Shown piece after piece: positions 27,392 to 40,810 of a DNA stretch of 64,000 nucleotides; position 1 is the first letter of the stretch; each line of letters starts with the position of its first letter. The notes beneath the pieces were generated by a model, which searched no databases, was not told the DNA's origin, and saw only the letters and a list, made by a program, of their open reading frames with translations. Source of the DNA: Raillietiella orientalis. Lineage: Eukaryota. The stretch covers positions 434,001 to 498,000 of the forward strand of contig JAYWIR010000028.1 of NCBI GenBank assembly GCA_036172245.1. Reading direction: 5' to 3'. The translations under genes and the position numbers were made by a program.

Positions 27392-28017
27392 CACGATTAA
27401 AAATGCAAGTGTACTGGATTTGAACAGAGAATCGTAGCACTTTCAAAGTTACTTACTGTTTGAAATTATGTATTGCAGCTGTGCATTACAATAACTTTGA
27501 CTTTCCTAGATACACCTGAGGAAAAAAAACTGCAATTTAAGCAACAGGCAAAATCCCTGGAAACAAAGCAAACACCCAAACTGTTAATTTCTGGAGAAAC
27601 CGGGTCCGATCAAATTCTTAAATCAGACGATTCAAGAATTGCGAAAACACCCCCCTTTTCCCATTCGAGCGGAAATTCCTTCACGGAGAAACACCATCAC
27701 TCTTGCGGTTTCCTCGAAACCGCACAAAGTTATTATTTAATTTCTGAACTGGAGCTGAAGCAGTACACAAAGCAAATGTGTTTTGAACCTGGCAAAATAT
27801 TACGTCACTGAAACTTTGGTTAGAAGACACAAAAATCAAGTCCCAACACGAACGTTTGCAAATGCAGGACAAAAACCAAAAAAAACGGGGGGAAAGGAAA
27901 ACGCTGCGTAGCACGTTCCTTGTACGAAACTTGATTGTTTTAAACGAAATCACATTACTGTTTTTCTTCCATTACTTAAATTCGATACACCATCCTTAAG
28001 CGGCAAATCAATATGGA

Positions 28018-28025
28018 TGACGTCA
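28018..28025. promoter_or_regulatory. Palindromic CRE site (TGACGTCA) in the CpG-rich region upstream of the SWIB gene
   Basis: Exact motif match only; function is inferred. Confidence 0.3.
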
Positions 28026-28120
28026 GGTTACGCTGCCTGGTATTGGTCATTTGTAATTCTTTGTGTAGTGGCGTCCACGTTATGCTCGCAAACAGTTTGC
28101 AGAATTGTACATGTAAAACG

Positions 28121-28183
28121 AGAAAAAAAAAGAAAAAGAAAAAAAAACAGAAAGAAAGAAAGAAAGAAAGAAAGAAAAGAAAA
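28121..28183. repeat. A-rich/(GAAA)n microsatellite
   Basis: Directly visible. Confidence 0.9.
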
Positions 28184-28573
28184 CGGGGGGGGGGGAGGGG
28201 AAGAAAAGTTTTGATATAAGTGAGTTCGATTCACTGGAAAGTATGAAACTGGGCTCCAACAAATACGCCCCCCCCCCCTTTAACAACAACTGCACAATGA
28301 ACACGGGAACACTGTTCACTGCTCCGCTGCAAGAGCACTGCAAGAGTCTGTTGATTTACTTGAAAATTGGCAAAATAACACACTGCAGCTGAGTGGGAGA
28401 GATGTGGGAAACTTTCGAAAAATCGCTCCTCGCTCTTACAAACACCAAGCACAATCCTCCTCCTCGATGAAAACCGAACGGTTCGAACAAAGGATTCCCA
28501 TCATCTGGAAAACCAAATTGTGCTTCATGGGTTTCTTCTGGTTAAGATGCCATCTTGGTGTTGAGATTCTTGG

Positions 28574-28600
28574 TAGAAGAAGAAGAAGAAGAAGAAGAAA
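28574..28600. repeat. (AGA)n microsatellite
   Basis: Directly visible. Confidence 0.9.
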
Positions 28601-31369
28601 AAAACATTCCCCTCTTTCTTTTTTGACGGGGGGGGGGGAGGTTCCAGCTGGAAGTGGTGCATTCATTCCACAAGGAAATTACTCTCCCCGTACCTTCCAC
28701 GAAGACCCAAAGAGAAAAAAACCTTTGTGCCCTAATGAGAGGTCAGTTAATCAAACAACGAAAACACCTTCACACGAGATGCCTCTCCTATTGGAATGCT
28801 TGCAGCGCTGTTCGTTGAAGCATTGCCTAGGAGGACGTGTGGCAGCGCCTTTAAATCGATGACTGTATTCCTTCACCGTTTCGATGGCTCCCACCTCGTC
28901 AAGAACGGAATCGGATACAGATTCCTTGCTCCATCCTCTCTCACAGATCGAAGGAGGTGCACTGCTGACTGCCAAGGGTTGCCAGAGCGCATCCCAACTT
29001 TTTCTTGCATCCGATTCCCTTGGAGCCGTGCACTGCCTTTTCTTCGACGCAACACCCCGACCGTTAGACGGAGGGAAACACGGAACAACCAAAAATGCTA
29101 AATCAGGACTTCCTTGAAATGTGATTCCAGTACATCACTTTTCTGTACACAATTTCACCCCGAGTGCCATTACGTATCGGCGGCGGGATTAGCGATACCT
29201 ACGGCATTTCTTGTGGCTCATTTCAAGAGGGCGATAACGCCTTTTCCACCTCGGCACACCGTAAAGGTGTGTCGGATGCACCCTGCAAAGCACCTCGACC
29301 TATGGTTTCGTATTCGATCCGAACAAAAATGAGATTCCGGCAGGAAAAAAAAAAAGGAAAAATAAGAATTTCAACAGGCTAAGGGGAACGGAAGAGGAGT
29401 TCGGGAAACCCCTGGATAACAGGCGAAGGAACACGGCGGGCATGTAAAACGTGCGGTAGGAAGACAGATGGAACGAACACATATGGTCACGGGAACGATC
29501 GGATCGAGTAGCAAACTCCCCGAATCGAAGTTTCAGAGACGAATGCAAAAACACACCCAGGGTGAAATTTCGCATTCATGAAAACCGAATGCCCACCCAC
29601 CGGAGCCCCGTGAAAATCCATGAGTCACAAGTCCTGCCGCAAAAAAAAAAAAAAAAATATGCCGAGTTAACGAACGTAAGATCACCATTTGCAGATACGG
29701 TAATATCGGAAATACATAGCGAAACGCAAGCCGGCTTGCATTCATCAAGAACATGAACCCTCCCTCCCCCCCTAAATGGGGTGGAGGAGGCGATTTCGCA
29801 AACGGAGGTTCACATGTGAAGTTTCGAATGCAAAAAATACTGAGACCACCAAAATGGAAATACTTCAATGATGGAACTGTACCGCCTACAACATACGTGG
29901 ACACAGAATGGATATGGCGAAACATATCACGGTTGGAGAGTTCCAGAATGAACACCCCCCCCCCCCTCTCTCTCTCTCTCTACAAACGTCACAACGGAAA
30001 ACAAACTGCTGCTGCTGCTGTAAATCTGGAATGTACACTTGACACAATGTAACTTGATTGACGGACAATAACGAGATTTTTATTTAAATTTTCCTTGATT
30101 AATCAGGTCCAGATACAGATTTTGCATTTCAATAAACTCCGAGTCAAAGGGGCCAACGAGATGAGGAAACCGAATGGAAAAGGGCCGGCCGGTTACTCGA
30201 AAAACCTTACATAAAACGGGATAGATGACTATTCCAACATGACGAGCGAAGAAATTCTTCACGACTGTTCGAAAGTATTTCATCTCCACATATTCCGAGG
30301 ATGTTTCGAGATGGAGGGAAAGGTTCGGTTTCAACTCGCAGGAATTCGGAAGGACAACCCATCGTGCATACCCCTTCGTGTGTTTTCACAGCAATTTTCT
30401 CATTCGAACCTTACTGAACTATGCAAAAAAAAAGAAATAAGGTTTGGGTACTTTTGTGTACTTTTTCAGACTTTGAAAACAGAAGCAAAACGGCCTTTTT
30501 TTTTTTTTTGAAAAAGGGAAAAGAAAAGAAAATACTACCACTACCACTACAGAGCAAATTCAACTGCACCACTGGAATATCAATGAACGGCGGCTGTTTG
30601 CACACACAGTGACAACGTAAACACCGCAGTCGCTTCTTAGTCCCACGGACCCACACACAACACATTCTCCTCACAATTCGGTTCAGAATTTCCAAATTTG
30701 AATTACGAACCTATCGATCGGGTGCAAACTTGAAATGCCCTTTGCATCATCAAATCAAAAATGTAAACCTTGTTCGCCTTTTATTACTTCTTGTCCCGCT
30801 TCTTCCGCGCCCGTTGCAACACATTTCATTTGGTTCTCGTAACCAGCTTCGTCTGGGACATCCTGCATTCTCCCCAGCACACGTTTCCCAAGGAACAGAC
30901 CGGGATAAAGCTGCACACCGCAACGGGAGCGGTTCCGAGCTTTTTCCCCTTTCTTCTCCGGGAAGCACAGAAATGAGGCACCAAGAAAAAACAGCCACGC
31001 GAGCCATTCGATCTGTAACTTTCAAAAGGGCCTCCCCGAAAAATAAATAATCCAAAGCAGCAACATTTCGTTCTATTTCGCTGTAGTCTGCGTGATTTCA
31101 TTCAGTGCTTTATGGTCTTACTACTCGCCTGTTTCAAATCTAATTTTACAATGACGAATTCTGGAAAAAAGCAAAAAAAAAAAAAAAAAGGTTCCCGATT
31201 CAGGTATACTTCAGGCAGGAATCTATCGTGTAACTGCAATGAAGGACGATTCGTGGGACACTACGGAAAGGTACTACAAAACGCAAGGAAACCTTTAAAG
31301 CTTTTGGTCCCTTTGGTTAATGACCATGACGTCACCGCCACCGGAAGAACGCACTGCGCGTTTCTTTCC

Positions 31370-32150
31370 AGCTGACTTTGTGGCACGCGGAGCCCACGAC
31401 ACCAGGAAGGCACTGGGCCCCACGGTGTCCTGAAACGTCCACCCGGGTCACCGCTGGGGGCAGGGGTAGGGCACCTTTCGCCACTCTTGGAATGCGAAGC
31501 GTCCACTCCAGGAGGCACGACGGTCTTCTCGAGCGGGGTCATGAATGGCGGTCCGCCCGGCTCCCAGTGAGCTCAGCAGAAAGACCGCACGTATCGAACA
31601 GATTCACATAATCAGCTTGGATAGGTTCTTTTCCGAACTCGAAAGCTGGAGGACGTTCCCGTCTCTCTTTTCGGGAGGCTGGAGTCCCTGCTTTGTGACT
31701 GCTGAAATCGGAACAACGGCCATACCCGTCTTCTACGAGGAGTACTAGGTGTGCAAAGGAAAACTGCTGTGAGGTCGCTCCGTTCTTTCAATGGTGCCTT
31801 TCCCTGCCGTTCACACGGATCAACGTTGCGGGAAGGGGATCTAGATTTCTGATATCCCATCTTGCCCTCTAGAGCAATCGCCTGCTCTCTGTCTCACAGG
31901 ACTACATGCTCTCCTCCCTCCTGCCTGGAGCATCCGCCATATGTCAGGCATTCGGTTTGCTCCTCTTCTGTTGTTCTTTCTTGCTGAGACAGCTGCTGCT
32001 GTTGACCTTACACCTGCCTCTCCAAAGTGCAGTCAGAACCTTCCCTGCTTCCACAAACAAGAAATCGCTTTTCTGCAAGCAGCACGTGGTAAATCGGATT
32101 ATAATTCAAATTTGCATCTCGTTTTCTGACTGAATCTCCTGAAGAGCGGA
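31370..32150 (-). mobile_element. Degenerate BEL/Pao integrase relic
   Basis: Minus-strand LFRRFSQK..SD (cf. AFRRF.ARRG..SDN), HFGEAGVRS (cf. HFGGLWEAGVKS), TTEEEQTECL (cf. LT.EEL.T.L) and RFRTPWG. Confidence 0.45.
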
Positions 32151-35100
32151 CTGCATTGGTTCATTACTATTTGAACACAGAAAGCGAAATGGAAATCACA
32201 TCCATTATTCTAATTCACAATCATTACAGAGTCACAACAGCAGTTTCATTCCATTTGAAAGCAAGAGTGTTCCAAGACTCCATAGAGAACCACCACCCAT
32301 CCTACAAGAAAGAAGTTACATTCCTAATAAATCAACAAGTACGCTTCATTAGACTGCATGAATCAAACGCTTGTACACCTGAGACCAAATCTGAGCCTGC
32401 GTACACATTTAAAATCAACACTTTACACGCTTGAACACAGAAACTGAAGAAGCGAGTATACAAGGAAAACAGACAATGCAAAGTTTACAACCTAAATTGA
32501 ATAGATACTGTTATGAATATCACGGGAACAAATTTTTACACAACGAAAAAAAAAGGCCAATGCGAGATGAAAGCACACACAAAATAAACTCACATAAATG
32601 CAAATCAAAATTTCAAAATAGAAATGATCTAAACAATTAGAATACAAGAGGGAATGCAATGTAATGCTAGAATTCAATTACCGCCAACACGAAGAGTGAA
32701 ACCGGCCAAACTTCGGATCACTTCATCTAATTGGCACACATCAAGGTAACCGAAGGGATATCAAGCTATTATAATTAATAACAAGTGAACCAGGCACTTT
32801 CCAAGATGATTCCCTATGTTTTCCACATTATGGCTGTAAGCACAACGAATTCGCAATATCCGTACGATTCTAAAGCAATCTCGAATACAAAGACCTTATT
32901 TACAGCAAAGTGAGAACGAAATAAAGAAAAAAAAAAAAAACGAGTCAAAATGTCACAAAAAAATAAGAGACCCATCACTCCTATGGCAGATTGGAACAGA
33001 TCTGAAGTTGCTCGAAGTTCTCGTGCAAAAAGCTGTAGTACACTCTATCTCAAGCTGCCCATTCAGTCTTTGTACTAGCACCATTTTTCACTTTCCGCTG
33101 TACGTGGGCCACATTTGTTTTCTGAGGCGTGGACTGCCAAGCAATACAACTTTTAAAGCAGTCCATGGAATTTGAAATGCATTCTTGCCATCTGTGAACA
33201 GTACTTTGCATGGATACCAAGTCCCAAGTACAAAGCATTCAACTACATAACAGACTGGCTGATGATTCTATCTTACCTGTGAGATTCATGTGACCAACTT
33301 GGAAGCCATTCTGAGTACCTTTTTTTCCCCCTTCACTGTATCTTGGGACGGCTTATCGAGCACGTCTTAACACTTGCAATGAGATCAATTCTGTGATATT
33401 AACCAGATTAGTGTCCAATTCGTAAATTTCACTATTTACGTTGTAGTCAAGTGACGCTGGGGTGCACAGAGTGCAAGCGCCAGCGTTTTCTAAAATCCCT
33501 GATTTCTTCCCCAAACACATTTAAGACTGATGGAGAAACATTTTCTGCATCCTGTTTTCTTGTAGATGCATGATCATTTCCAAAAAAGTAACTTTTCTTT
33601 AAGCAATTGCTTTCCGCCTCAAAAGAATTGAGCTCATCTGCTAAGACTGCCAGCATAACTGCAACTTTGTATTTTTTTTTTTTTTTTTTTTTTTTAAGAT
33701 AGTTTCCTCTTCTTTGTAATGAATGCAATGCAAGTGAGCATGCCAAATAAAAAGTGCTCAATCCGCATTATCCATGAAACTACGTGGATACCTGTGCTTT
33801 TCCATAAGATCTGTAACCTTTTCATCGAAATTTCGAGGCAATTTTGTGGATGAAACTTGTACACCACTTCAGTGCCAGCTCATTTCGCCATCTTCTCACA
33901 TTAATGAGACTGGTTTTAAGTTCTGCTTTTGGCTATGTTTTTCTCGGTCTCTAAGTTGGATTTTTCCTTTACAGGGAATCTATAAACACAAGTTTTTTTT
34001 TGTGTTTTTTGTTTTCCCCCGAATTCTTCACAGAATTCTGTTTTAGATCCCTGAAATGTCAGAATATACATTAAAAAAAATATTTACTTACGCCAACCTT
34101 TCACATTAGTTTCAGTTATACTGAATATTCTGACAAAGGTCTCGATGCTTGTTTGTCACCCTAATTTTTAAGACGTGCTCGAAGACTGTCGTAAGCCACC
34201 ACTAACGCGACGTGTCTTTGTTCCTTGTCGAGAACATTCGTTTTGCATAAAACGACAAGAACGGTACTCGAGGGGCAAAAGGGATCGTGGAAGAGTGGAA
34301 CGAGCACAAGCTAACAACCAGAAAACAAACACTATGAGTTAACAGTCTGCAGACTTGGTGTTAAAGGATTGGTGACCATCTGGTACTGGAACCATCACAC
34401 AGACAACTGCTATTACAAACTTTCGAAAATGAGACAAACTAGAGCCGTACGGAACCTCCGTATTATCAAAAACAAGTCTTCTTACAAACGAACCCCAAGA
34501 CAGAACCCCATGTTACTGTCAAACAAGTATTCAGTATAAAGTGGTTGAAACGCGTACAGTAATCACACATCCTTATAGCTCAGAGTGTAACCAAAACATC
34601 ACCACATGCCTCAAAGTAACTCCAGGCGACTGATGATGCAAAAGAAACGTTTGGAAAAGCAAATGCATGGCTTTAGGTTACCATAAATACGACTAAATAA
34701 CACTCATCACCACAAAACAAAATAAAAACTGCCGTTTTTGGAAACAGATTTTCGCCGAAATACTTCAAGATTACCCTGGACATGATTAAAAGATCAATGA
34801 AGATACAAGTTGTTAGATGTTCTTTCTCAGACAATCCATCAAAGTTAAAAGAAAAACAAAGAAGCCCATTGAAGAGAAAACCTGGATGTTTCCCTTTATA
34901 CTTTTTCAACAGCACTGATTTCCATGTTTGCACGTGCAATTGTGTCGCCCTTTTCCCTATAAACTTTTTCCTACACTTCAAACACTGCTCATTGGTGATC
35001 AAAGGCCTTACAAGGGAACTGAGAATCCCTCTAGTTTGTTTAAATGCTGAAAGCTTGAGATCACAAGAATTAAGTCAAACAGTTAATCATTTACTATAAT

Positions 35101-38100
35101 GGGAACTGACCAATAGAAACTTCAGTAAAATTCTCCGAATCATAGAACTTTATATGTACTCACGGCATGGTTCTCTACATTCTTCAACAAAATGATCTTC
35201 ATTTAACCTCATGATGAATATCACTAGTAATTTGCGATTCCTCTGAGCCATTATATGATATTGAGCTTTTCACAAAAAGATATCGACCAAGATGTTAATA
35301 AATGCTAAGTAACTTAATGAGAGAAGCAGCTCTTTAACAAAATATACGACATTACGTTAAATGTTAGCTTCAATGCAAAATTCAAAACAATTCCTTTCAA
35401 GAATTTCAGATTTTTTGTAGAAAATTCCTTGAAAGCAACTTTCTGAAAAAATCTGAAATTCCAGCATGAAGACTACATAAAGTTGATTACAAAAACAGTA
35501 GTACAGGAAAAGCATAAAACTGTAAAAAAAATGTACATAGAAAGTACGAAAATTCAGCAAGAAAAAGGTGCAACAAGACATTTGTCAGAAAACGAATCAA
35601 CAAAAAACAAATACAGAAAACAGAAGTAAAAAATACATTTATCATTCAATTTCTAATTTTTCATGCAAACATTTCTGACTATAACTCATAGGAGACACAC
35701 AAAACTATTGTCACCACATAAAGATCAATGAACAAGACCATATTAAAATGCTTCATTCCATGAATTGAACCTTCTAAAACACCAATTTCCATTGAATTTC
35801 ATTAACTCTTTGCAAAATTCAAAATCAATTCTAAAACACTACCATGATAAGCAAACACAAGTTTGATAATTGCTTTTCCAAATGCATGGAAACAACAAAT
35901 GGATAACCATAAAAAGCATCAGTATGAACATCTTGATCAACACATTTCTTTGAGTTATACATATGTATATTATATATATATATATAAATAAAAATAAACA
36001 CACATGTATAAAATCTCAAAGCAATGGATTTTGCAGATAAGGAGGATTTTCAAGGTTTCATAGCTTCCTGAGAAATTTTGTCATGGAGCCCAGTGGGCAC
36101 TCATAAATTTTTCAAGGTTTGCAAACAAAGACAACAAATCAAACAGTGCAAATCTTACCTGATGTAGCACATATACCTTCATATGACCTATTTTGCAGGC
36201 AAAAACTATACACAAATTTAATATCGCAAACAAAATGAACATTCACAACTGCTGCATCATCACATGGGAAGAATGCATTCAGTGTCATTGTCTCTATTAT
36301 TACCAAAAATAATGAATTTGCAGTGTTGAAATATTGTTCGAATTTAAAGGCACATAAACACTCTAAAAACGGATTTTAACTTTGAATTTTCGAATGTCTT
36401 GAAAGTGCTGACGACAATAAAAACCATAAAGAAAGGAATTTCACTGATATAGGGAATCTTTGCAATCACCTGAAGATTTTAAGTGAAAAGATTCTAAGCA
36501 GCACTTGCCATCTCAACCTTCAGCCAAAACACCGTTATCTGCAGTGCAGTAAGACATTAAAAAAGTAATGATAACAATCTTGATAATAATACTGGAATGA
36601 AAATATGGCAACTTGATAGCAGTAAAAACTTAAAAACAACTTATTTAGAGTTGAGAAGTAGGAATAATTTGCAAAAAAGAAATTTTTTCACCAACATCTT
36701 CATTCTGTAAATAAAAAATTTTGAAAACTGCAAAAATTTCAATATGAAATTGTACCAATTTAGATCAAAAGCACCACAGTTTACAACAGTCATGATTGTC
36801 ATGCCATGATAATTAATCAGTTCGTCATGTGAAGGATAAACTTAAATGTGTGGTAATTATTGTTCCAAAACAAGCTCTTGTATTGGCACATGACTCTCCA
36901 CTGTTTACTTTCATTTGTAAATATATAACTCGAACACATATTGCCTATCTGATACAAATGCTTTGGCACAGAAAAAAAACACTTTTATATGTTCAATCTA
37001 ATTTGGATTTCTTATTTGCATACAAGAAACACATATTCCAAAAAATTATAAACATACATGTCCCTGCACACAACCATCTGATTAAAATCAGATCTATATC
37101 AGTAACAGGTTGCAATTATTACTTCCTATTTCATTCTGCAAACTGTTTGAAATGCATGCAAATAATCAGTAGCATTAATTATTTTCTTGAACTAGCTCAT
37201 CAAAAACTCAGTGATGTGTGCAAATTGTCATTCCAAAAAATATGAAACTCATTTTCAATGCAACTTGCAATAAACATCCTTTTGAATCTTAATCAACAAA
37301 CTGGTTCACTAAAGTATCTTCAGTTTCATTTTTAGATTGTTTGAAGTTTACTGGGTTCTTCCAGCATGCTCAAGACACTTTTTTGTATCTACCATGTAAT
37401 AATCAGTTTTTCTCATTCCTGCAAATGAAATGCAGTCATCCAATGCATAAAAATTTATAACAAACTAAGTAGCTTAATTCAAAAACTATAGATGTCTCAA
37501 TATTTGACAAATGTAGAAATCCATCTCTATGCTATATTCTAGCAATTAAAAGTTGAAAGCCTTACCATCAATTGTTTGCTGATATCTTCGTACTGAAGGA
37601 ATGACTTTCAGATTTCAGTGATTATGCTGTAAGCTAATTCAGTCATCTTTTTTCTGAAGAATACATGATCTTAATAGGAAAAGATTTTGTTCTGAATAGA
37701 CTTGTGAAAATGAGGCAAAATTCATTTCAACATTTTTGGAAATGAAAAGAATTTTCCAATACTTGGGGAATTTCTGATAATATCATAAACTTCAACCTTT
37801 GCCAACAGACAGTTACCATGCATCTGTGTTCATGACTCCCTAGTTAGTAGATCTCAGGCACATGAAAACATTTCAAACATATGAAAAATTCTGAAAGTCC
37901 AACATATAAAAATGAGATGATTATTGCTTTTAAGACATCGGGATTTGTATTGAAATTCATTCAATTACAACAAATTAGAAATTTTCAAAGGCATTTGGTT
38001 TCCTCTTTTTATACTGATTATGGATGTGACACATTCTTGTATTTGATTTCAAATGTGTATGCGAGAATTCAGATTATGTTTTGAATCTTCACATGGTTGC

Positions 38101-40810
38101 AGTGATAATACAAAATGATTAAAAAAAAACTTCAATGAGATATTCTGGGTTGTTCTGTGGCTGGCACGTTTTTGATAAATATTGATTTTGTTTATGTAAT
38201 TATTGAAGGATACATAACATCCTAATTAGGATTACATCTTGAACTAGCTGATATATGATAAAGCAGCTTATACCACTGCAACTGAATAATACAAAATATA
38301 CACAAATACAAATAAGAAGTATTGTTCCATCCAAGTGAAACTTTATGGTTCTCTTTTCCAATCTGCTAAGTTTATGTAACATTTCACTGAATGATGCTGT
38401 AGGAAAACATATAATAATAATGCAAAGTCCCCCAAGAGTTTACAGCACTCATTGTGGAGGTGAAAACATGTCCAACATACCTTCACATTTAGTATGTCCT
38501 TTTAATGGAAACTACAATGTAAGCACACCTTAAATAATACCACCAAAGATGTCAATAACTCAAAAATACCAACATATGTAGCATATCTGAGTAATGAAGA
38601 TGACCTTAAGAATAAAAATATCTACACTTTTGGATTTAGAATCTGGGCAACAGTTTCTACAACTGTTAAACTCAATTGTTCTGTTTGTAAAATAATGGAA
38701 CACGAGTGTACATCACATTTCTCTCTGATATTTATTATGGTTTTTAATTATTTTCTTCCATTTGTGAAACATGAAATGCGAAGAATATAAGCAAAATATG
38801 ATTACAAAATTTGAGTACAAGACTAAGAAAAGTAGAACAAAAAGAAATACCACATTTAACAAATGATTAAATCATGCAGGAATGCAACTTCAATTCCTAA
38901 AATCCTAAAATAAACTTATAAGCATCACATAAATCACATGCATCAATACTGTGCAAAACTAAATCCTTGCATTAATTTAATCATTAATTTAACATTTATT
39001 AAAATACTTTTGGAGTAATTGAAGTATCGTTTGATATTTTCCACTGACATGAGGCAGCCGTCAACCGTGCCATCCTTACAACAATGCATCACTGGACTTT
39101 TTCCTAAACATTACAATTTCTGAATACTATAACAACAGTGGTCAAACTGTGATGAATCAAAACCAAAAATTGGAGGCAAATGATATACAGCAACTTACGA
39201 TTACAGGTGATACAGCAATCGATATAACCAAACTTTTACAATACTTTACACTCTCTATGAAAGCATACGTACAGCCGAGGCGTGTACATATAACCCCGCT
39301 ATTGAACAAACTTAAACTTCATTCTTAATTTGAAGTTGTCTTGGATGTATGCACACCGATGATTTCAGATTCCATTGGCTACAATTTCGAAAACGCTGCA
39401 CTTGAGCACGGCGAAATCAATCGAATGCGTTCAGATTCTGTAAAATTCTGGTAAGAAAACCCCGACGATGCACATGGGTAACGGTAGCAGCTAAATGGCA
39501 AAAGGGATCAAACAAATGTTCATGAATTGTGCACTACACGAACAAGTTTCGCAAAACAAAGAAAACCGTACGGGAGAACAGTTTCCCGTAATTTCGGAGC
39601 AGAGGTGTTTCCCGTGTTTTTTTTTTTTTCCCCCAATCGCATGTGCATTGGGTCGATTTTCATCCCAACCACAGTTTCCGAAAACAGAAGCAAAGTTCAA
39701 TTAATGCACTTAGAATCGAATTTCTTCAAAAGTGTGTATCCACTTTCTGTGCCTTGTTTCCCTTTTCAGCGTTGGTTAGGAATACAAACCAATAACGGCA
39801 CGGCCTACGCACGATTACCTATTACGAAATTTTTCGAAAATTCGGTAAAGCTTTCAAAACAGCAAAATGATACTCAGAAAGTTCTTCACGGTGCAACTGC
39901 GGAAGGTCTTAAATTGTGTCCATGCAGTAAACGTGTGTGACACTAACTTTGTGACACTCTTGAAACTCCGTATCTGATCTTAATAATATATCAAAGGAAA
40001 CATCAGTGGGGAAGGAAAGTGGAAACAAGTCGGTTCAAGTATGGAATTTAAAAGTTTATTAGGGGATTTTAAAGGAACTGTAAAGTTTATTAGAAAAGCT
40101 GAATAATGAAAAAGTAAGAATAAATTATAAGGTTCAGTTTAGTATGCATGCTTCTGCCTCGCATGCCTTCGCCTTCTATGAATTGTAATTCAGAGAATAG
40201 ATAGGATGCATACATAGATCATGTTCATTTCATTAACCACGAATACTTTGGCTGTTTGGGCTCAAAGCTGTAATCGTTTGAATCTTCTAAAAAGATAAAA
40301 AAAAAATATTAGAAAAATGTCCTGCTACCTTAAACTGGAATTTAGGAACGTTACTGCAAATCAATAGAGCTCTTTATGTTCATGGACATATGCCTGACCA
40401 GTGAGGGCGTTTTTTTTTTTTGAATTTCCATGTTAAAATAATTCTTGTTTGTTGTACTTGCATAGATGTCATCAGAAACAAATTGCTCAGGAAACCTGAT
40501 TAGAAAATTCCCCCTGTTCCAACGCATAGTTCTTCGGCCTTTCGCCAAACTCCATGGATGGGGACGTCCAAACTGAAAACGCAAGCTTTGGGTGAGCCTT
40601 GCTTGCCCAGTGTCCAGGAGTCTCCAAAACGTCGTAGCACGGGAAAGCGCGTGGAGGATTGCGGTAACACTCGCTGACCAACATGGCTTCCCTTTGAAAT
40701 GAAGAAAGAGTAAGTTTCCAAATAATGGTGTAATTCAACGGCAGAGTTACGAAACCTTCTGAGTGCGTTGTTTTGGTTTTGAGGATGGTGAAATTAAGGT
40801 TGTTTTTATA

